Positions 59,426-64,000 of a DNA stretch of 64,000 nucleotides are shown here, one piece after another. Below the pieces are notes generated by a model, which saw only the letters and a program-made list of their open reading frames with translations, was not told the origin of the DNA and did no database searches. Source of the stretch: Candidatus Eiseniibacteriota bacterium (lineage in GTDB: Bacteria > Eisenbacteria > RBG-16-71-46 > CAIMUX01 > VGJL01); the NCBI GenBank assembly GCA_034679345.1, contig JAXDAY010000028.1:71876-135875 (forward strand). Reading direction: 5' to 3'. Position 1 is the first letter of the stretch. Each line of letters starts with the position of its first letter. Made by a program: the position numbers and the translations under genes.

Positions 59426-60883
59426 ATGATGGGGACGATTCGGCTCTGGCCGCCGGGCCTGCCGGCCCTCCTCTCGGCGGTCATGATCTGCGGGGCGGGT
59501 TGCGGGGATGACTCGACGCGCCCCGAGCCCTCGTTTGACTCGATCCCGCCCGCGGCCGTGACCGACCTGACAGTCACCGCGGCAGGACCGCTCGCCGTGA
59601 GCCTGCGATGGACCGCCCCGGGCGACGACGGGATGGAGGGAAGAGCGGCGGTCGCCGATCTCCGCTACTCGCTCGAGACGATCGGCGAGGCGAGCTGGTC
59701 CGCCGCCACACGTGTCGCGGGCGTGCCCGCGCCAAGCGTCGCCGGATCGATCGACTCCTTCACGGTCGCCGGCCTCATCCCGGACACCCTGTACCACTTC
59801 GCCGTGAAGATTCTCGACGATGAGTCGAACGCATCGCCCCTCTCGAATCCGGTCAGCGCGCGCACCGATCCGGCGAATCCGGACGGTCGCTGGAGCGGCC
59901 GCTTCGGGGAGCCGCCAGGCGGAGAAGGGATGAACGGCAGCGTCCTGGACCTCATCGGCTTCGGGAACGAGGTCATCGCCGGCGGCGGGTTCACAGCGGC
60001 GGGCGGGAACGGCGCCAGCCGCATCGCGGCCTGGAACGGCTCGAGCTGGCGGGCGCTCGGAAGCGGCGTCAGCGCCGATCCGGTGCCCGGAATCCTCGTC
60101 CTCGCCCTCTTCGAGGGCGATCTGATCGTGGGCGGTCGATTCCAGGACGCGGGGGGCGTCGCCAGCTCGCGCATCGCGCGCTGGGACGGCTCCGCCTGGG
60201 ATGCCTTGGGCATGGGCGTCAACGGTCCCGTCACCGCGCTCGTCGTCTTCGAAGGAGATCTCATCGTGGCAGGCGCCTTCAGCGAGGCGGGCGGCGTGGC
60301 GGCGAATCGGCTGGCTCGCTGGGACGGCGCGTCCTGGAGTCCCTTCGGAGCGGGAGCGAACGGAAACATCCACTCGTTCTTGGTCGATGACGGAGCCCTC
60401 ATCGCAGGCGGCGCGTTCACGCAGATCGGCGGCGCGACCGCGAACAGGATCGCACGCTGGGACGGCGTCTCCTGGTCTTCCCTCGGCGGCGGAACCGACG
60501 GCACCGTCTGGGCGATCGCCTCGTACGAGGGAGATCTCGTGATCGCCGGGGAGTTCGAATCGGCCGGCTCGATTGCGGCGGGTCACATCGCCCGATGGAA
60601 CGGCTCGAGCTGGTCGCCTCTCGGATCGGGCCCCCAAGGTCCGGTCTTCGCGCTCGAGTCCTACCACGGGGACCTGATCGCCGGGGGCCGGTTCGAGGCC
60701 GCGGGTGGAGTCCCCGCTTCGGGAATCGCCCGCTGGAACGGTAGTTCCTGGAGCGCCATGGGGTCGGGGGTGAATGGCGACGTGCACACTCTCTCGGCCC
60801 GGGGGGACACGCTCTGGGTCGGCGGCGCCTTCAGGCGGGCGGGCGATGGGGCATCGCTTCACATCGCGTCCTGGTCGGATTGA
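59426..60883 (+). CDS. exported lipoprotein-like protein with an FN3-like domain followed by seven ~48-aa IARW(D/N)GSSW repeats (probable beta-propeller)
   Basis: ATG at 59426 after GGAAGGGAAGG. Signal with a Cys-containing C-region. Regular repeats IARWDGS.W..LG.G.NG.V.AL...GDLI.GG.F..AGGV.A. Confidence 0.6.
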   Translation: MMGTIRLWPPGLPALLSAVMICGAGCGDDSTRPEPSFDSIPPAAVTDLTVTAAGPLAVSLRWTAPGDDGMEGRAAVADLRYSLETIGEASWSAATRVAGVPAPSVAGSIDSFTVAGLIPDTLYHFAVKILDDESNASPLSNPVSARTDPANPDGRWSGRFGEPPGGEGMNGSVLDLIGFGNEVIAGGGFTAAGGNGASRIAAWNGSSWRALGSGVSADPVPGILVLALFEGDLIVGGRFQDAGGVASSRIARWDGSAWDALGMGVNGPVTALVVFEGDLIVAGAFSEAGGVAANRLARWDGASWSPFGAGANGNIHSFLVDDGALIAGGAFTQIGGATANRIARWDGVSWSSLGGGTDGTVWAIASYEGDLVIAGEFESAGSIAAGHIARWNGSSWSPLGSGPQGPVFALESYHGDLIAGGRFEAAGGVPASGIARWNGSSWSAMGSGVNGDVHTLSARGDTLWVGGAFRRAGDGASLHIASWSD

Positions 60884-60895
60884 TCTCTCGCCCGC

Positions 60896-62137
60896 TCAAG
60901 GAAGCATTCCGTGCGATCGGTACCAGTCGAGCGCCGCGCGCACGGCCTGGCGCACCCGAGTGCGCGGCATGCCGAGCTCCTTCGCCGCGAGACTGCCGTC
61001 CACCGGTTGCGAGTATCGAAGCATCCTGAGACCGTGTGCGGGGAAGGCGGCCCATCGAGCGCGCGCGAGCCAGGCGACGAGCTCGGTGGCGATCGACACA
61101 GTCTCGGCCATGGCCATCGGAATTGCGATCCGCGGAGGAGATTGCCCCGCCTCCCGCGCGATCATGGCCAGGAACTCACGGACCTCCATCTCCTCACCGC
61201 GAAGAATGTAACGCTGGGCTGTTCTTCCCCTCTCGGCGGCCCTCACGTGCCCCTCACCGAGATCAGTCGCGGCGATCGCATCCATCCGGCCGGGCAGAAA
61301 GAAGGGCATCCTTCCCTGGGCCACGGGGATCATCAGCCGGCCCGTCGTGCGATGGGCGTCGCCCGCGCCGACCACCATTGTCGGGTTCAGGATAACGACC
61401 GGCAGTCCCTCGTTCGCCGCCCGCACGACGGCCGCCTCCATCCTGCGCTTGCACTCGAAGTAGGGAGAGGGATCCGGGGCGAGGTCGTAGCGGTCCGTCT
61501 CCCGGGCGAGGCCGTCGGCCCGGGCCCCCGGCTCGCTGCCGCGCGGCCGTCCGATCGTCGTCACGCTGCTCGTGTAGACGATCCGCCTGAGTCCGGCGAG
61601 CCTGCGGCACTCCTCCAGCGAGGGGTGAAGAGACGCGTTGAGCCTTCCCTCCCGCGCGAGCTGCGCCAGGACCGGATTCGCAAGGCGCGCGCGGATCTCC
61701 TCGGCCCGTTCCGGCTGGCTGCGCGAGACGTGGGCGGCCATCTCGGCCTGCTCGATCGCGACGAGATCGGCGCGCTTGACACGAAACTCGAGGAGCTCCT
61801 TCGGAACGCGCTCGCGGCAGATCGCGAGCAACGCCTCGGTCTGCGCCTCCGCGCGGCGGACGAAGCCGCCCATCCCGAAGTGCCGCGAGGGATACGGGGC
61901 GGCGGCGTGGAAGAGCAGATCCACACCCTCGAGCGCCGATCGGACCGAGTCGGGCTCCTCGATTCGTCCGACGCGAATCTCCGAATCGACCCCCTCGAGG
62001 GCCGGATGGGGCCCGGGACTGCGCGAGAGGACGCGGACGGAGCAGCCGCGCGCGAGGAGCGAGCGGACGATGTGCGATCCGATCAGGCCCGTCCCGCCGA
62101 GGACGAGAGCGCGCATCCCGCTCAAGAGCTCCGGCAT
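60896..62137 (-). CDS. NAD-dependent epimerase/dehydratase family (SDR) protein
   Basis: Rossmann motif ALVLGGTGLIGSHIVRSLL and the YxxxK region. Preferred over the antisense ORF 60911..62356. Confidence 0.8.
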   Translation of the reverse strand: MPELLSGMRALVLGGTGLIGSHIVRSLLARGCSVRVLSRSPGPHPALEGVDSEIRVGRIEEPDSVRSALEGVDLLFHAAAPYPSRHFGMGGFVRRAEAQTEALLAICRERVPKELLEFRVKRADLVAIEQAEMAAHVSRSQPERAEEIRARLANPVLAQLAREGRLNASLHPSLEECRRLAGLRRIVYTSSVTTIGRPRGSEPGARADGLARETDRYDLAPDPSPYFECKRRMEAAVVRAANEGLPVVILNPTMVVGAGDAHRTTGRLMIPVAQGRMPFFLPGRMDAIAATDLGEGHVRAAERGRTAQRYILRGEEMEVREFLAMIAREAGQSPPRIAIPMAMAETVSIATELVAWLARARWAAFPAHGLRMLRYSQPVDGSLAAKELGMPRTRVRQAVRAALDWYRSHGMLP

Positions 62138-62343
62138 CCGTTCGCCTCCTCACCGGTCGCGGACCGGTCGCGCGGGCCCTCCAATCGCCTGGACTCGCGC
62201 ACGCGCGATTATGGCCCGTCGCGGAGGATCTCGAAAGGGTCCTCGCTCCCGACTGGCGGCGCGCCGATCCCGGGGGTAGAGTCCCCCCGTGCCTCGTTTC
62301 TCGCGGCCCAAGGCCGCGAGAGCGTGTCTGAAGGAGGTGCCCG

Positions 62344-64000
62344 ATGCCCCGAGTGAAGCCGGTCCAGGCCGAAGACATCTACCGGATCCAGCGTCCCGTC
62401 GAGTGCCGCGTCGCGCCCGACGGAACCCGCGTCGCGGTGGTCGTCAGCAAGGCGGACAAGGAGAGCCTCAAATACCAGAGCCACATATGGCTCGTGCCCA
62501 CGAGGGGGGGAACTCCGATCCAGTTCACGCAGGGAAAGCACCAGGACAGCCATCCCCGCTTCTCTCCCGACGGCAAGACCATCGCGTTTCTCTCCGACCG
62601 TTCCGGGAGCGCCGAGATCTGGACGATCGCGGTCGATGGGGGCGAGGCGAGACAGCTCACGCACCTCGGAGGCGGCGTCGGCGAATTCGCCTTCCACCCT
62701 CGCGGGGGCTCCCTGGTGATCGCCTTCACGCCGAAGGATGCCGAGGTGAAGGAACGCGAGGAGCGAAAGAAGCGCGGAGAATCCGGGGTCGAATCGCCCC
62801 GCGTTCGAACGATCGACCGCTTGAGCTACAAGCTCGACGGCGCGGGATTCCTTCCCAAGAACCGGCAGCACCTGTGGCTCGTCAATGCCCATACGGGAAA
62901 GGCGCGTCGGCTCACCGAGGACGAGCGCTACGCCGAGTCCTCGCCTTGCTTCTCCCCCGATGGGAAGTGGATCTACTTCAACAGCAACCGGTCCGCGAAT
63001 CCCGACTTCGATCTCATGCGGGTCGGCATCTGGCGGATGCCCTCGCGCGGTGGCCCGATCGAGCGCGTGAAAACCTTTGAGGGGCCCTCGACCAGCTTCT
63101 CGTTGAGTCCCGACGGCAGGTGGATCGCATTCCTCGGGACGCGCGATCCGGACGCTCCATGGGGAACCAGGCACACGAAGCTCTGGCTCGCCCCGGCCAC
63201 CGGGGGCCGCCCCGTGGAGCTCACAGCGCGACTCGACCGCGAGTGCGACCACTCCACCATCAGCGACACCCGCGGCCCCGGCGGCACGAGCAATCCCATC
63301 TGGTCGCCTGACAGCCAGTGGGTCGCCTTCGTGGTCACCAATGAGGGAAACGGCGAGATCTGGGCCGTGCACATCCGGAAGCGCCGTCCGGAGCCCGTCC
63401 TCAATCGCGCGGGGGCCGTGATCGACTTCGACTACCACTTCCCCTCGCGGGCGATCTACGCCACCTTCACCGACCTGCGCAATCCCGGCGAGCTCTATCG
63501 CTTCTCCCGCGTGGGCAAGCCGACCGCCGAGCGGATGACCGACTGGAACGGCTGGCTGCGCGAGCGCCAGGTCACCGCGCCCGAGGAGTTCTGGTTCCAG
63601 GGGAGGGGACGGCACCGGCTGCAGGGGTGGATTCTTCGCTCGCCCAGGAGGCGCGCCCGCAAGGCCCCGGGACTTCTCTACATCCACGGCGGTCCGGGCA
63701 CGCAGTACGGCCGGGTCTTCTTCCACGAGTTCCAGTTCCTCGCGGGGCGCGGCTACACGGTGTTCTACTCCAACCCGCGCGGTGGGACCGGCTACTCCGA
63801 GAAGCATCTCGCCGCGATCCACGACGCGTGGGGAACGATCGACTACGACGATCTGATGTCCTTCACCGACGAGGCGCTCCGTCGCAGCCCGGAGCTGGAT
63901 CGCCGGCGCCTGGGCGTCGCGGGGGGCAGCTACGGCGGGTACATGACGAACTGGATCATCACGCACACCGACCGGTTCGCCGCGGCGATCACCCAGCGCA
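62344..64000 (+). CDS. S9-family serine peptidase (prolyl oligopeptidase/acylaminoacyl-peptidase type), 3'-truncated by the window edge
   Basis: Not in the ORF track because no stop lies inside the window. ATG at 62344 after GAAGGAGGTG. N-terminal PD40-type propeller (FSPDGKTIAF, FSPDGKWIYF, LSPDGRWIAF). Nucleophile elbow GGSYGG at about 63925. Confidence 0.85.
   Translation, partial: MPRVKPVQAEDIYRIQRPVECRVAPDGTRVAVVVSKADKESLKYQSHIWLVPTRGGTPIQFTQGKHQDSHPRFSPDGKTIAFLSDRSGSAEIWTIAVDGGEARQLTHLGGGVGEFAFHPRGGSLVIAFTPKDAEVKEREERKKRGESGVESPRVRTIDRLSYKLDGAGFLPKNRQHLWLVNAHTGKARRLTEDERYAESSPCFSPDGKWIYFNSNRSANPDFDLMRVGIWRMPSRGGPIERVKTFEGPSTSFSLSPDGRWIAFLGTRDPDAPWGTRHTKLWLAPATGGRPVELTARLDRECDHSTISDTRGPGGTSNPIWSPDSQWVAFVVTNEGNGEIWAVHIRKRRPEPVLNRAGAVIDFDYHFPSRAIYATFTDLRNPGELYRFSRVGKPTAERMTDWNGWLRERQVTAPEEFWFQGRGRHRLQGWILRSPRRRARKAPGLLYIHGGPGTQYGRVFFHEFQFLAGRGYTVFYSNPRGGTGYSEKHLAAIHDAWGTIDYDDLMSFTDEALRRSPELDRRRLGVAGGSYGGYMTNWIITHTDRFAAAITQR

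Overview
This is a 64-kb window from a high-GC bacterial chromosome (about 65-70% GC; many long antisense ORFs are GC artefacts). It mixes accessory and core content.

**Layout**
- 2..583: 5'-truncated RNase-H-like 3'-5' exonuclease domain (RecB/TM0106-type).
- About 680-2400: a lower-GC patch encoding signal-peptide proteins, one with D-x-N-x-T repeats.
- About 2.5-11.1 kb: a phage-like integrative element. It carries a DUF932-like protein, RadC, a Cas4-like Fe-S PD-(D/E)XK exonuclease with a putative SSAP, a DUF3644 protein, two tandem RuvC resolvases, two tandem winged-helix paralogs, a CI-like XRE repressor, a small Cro-like ORF and a large serine recombinase. A conserved motif of about 35 bp occurs three times in it, at 5322-5355, 9127-9161 and 11097-11131.
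- About 11.2-21.4 kb: a second accessory block with low-GC exported proteins, an M23 peptidase with FG-GAP repeats and a T9SS tail, and a co-directional XRE - ImmA/IrrE - MBL-hydrolase - 4TM membrane protein cassette preceded by a double-HTH XRE. It abuts a 3' fragment of comM/yifB (21408-21908), a classic island insertion target.
- About 21.9-64 kb: mostly core-like genes. Seven large exported repeat proteins (beta-helix, SBBP, LVIVD x2, FG-GAP, lactonase propeller, S8 peptidase) carry T9SS-type C-terminal sorting tails, suggesting an FCB-group or Gemmatimonadota-like lineage. There is a FemAB/AsnB/ATP-grasp/CapK-like ligase cluster, an mtoX(SBP56)-SCO1-mauG operon beside a Ser/Thr kinase, an OPT transporter, an FHA-GAF-PP2C phosphatase, asnS, a PfkB kinase, an SDR epimerase and a 3'-truncated S9 peptidase.

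The most unusual single observation is a Cys-rich repeat secreted protein (38727-39596, minus) interrupted by one in-frame TGA. The TGA sits exactly where the other repeat units have Cys and is followed by a GC stem-loop, so it is either a selenoprotein candidate or a pseudogene.

No tRNA, rRNA or CRISPR array was found.
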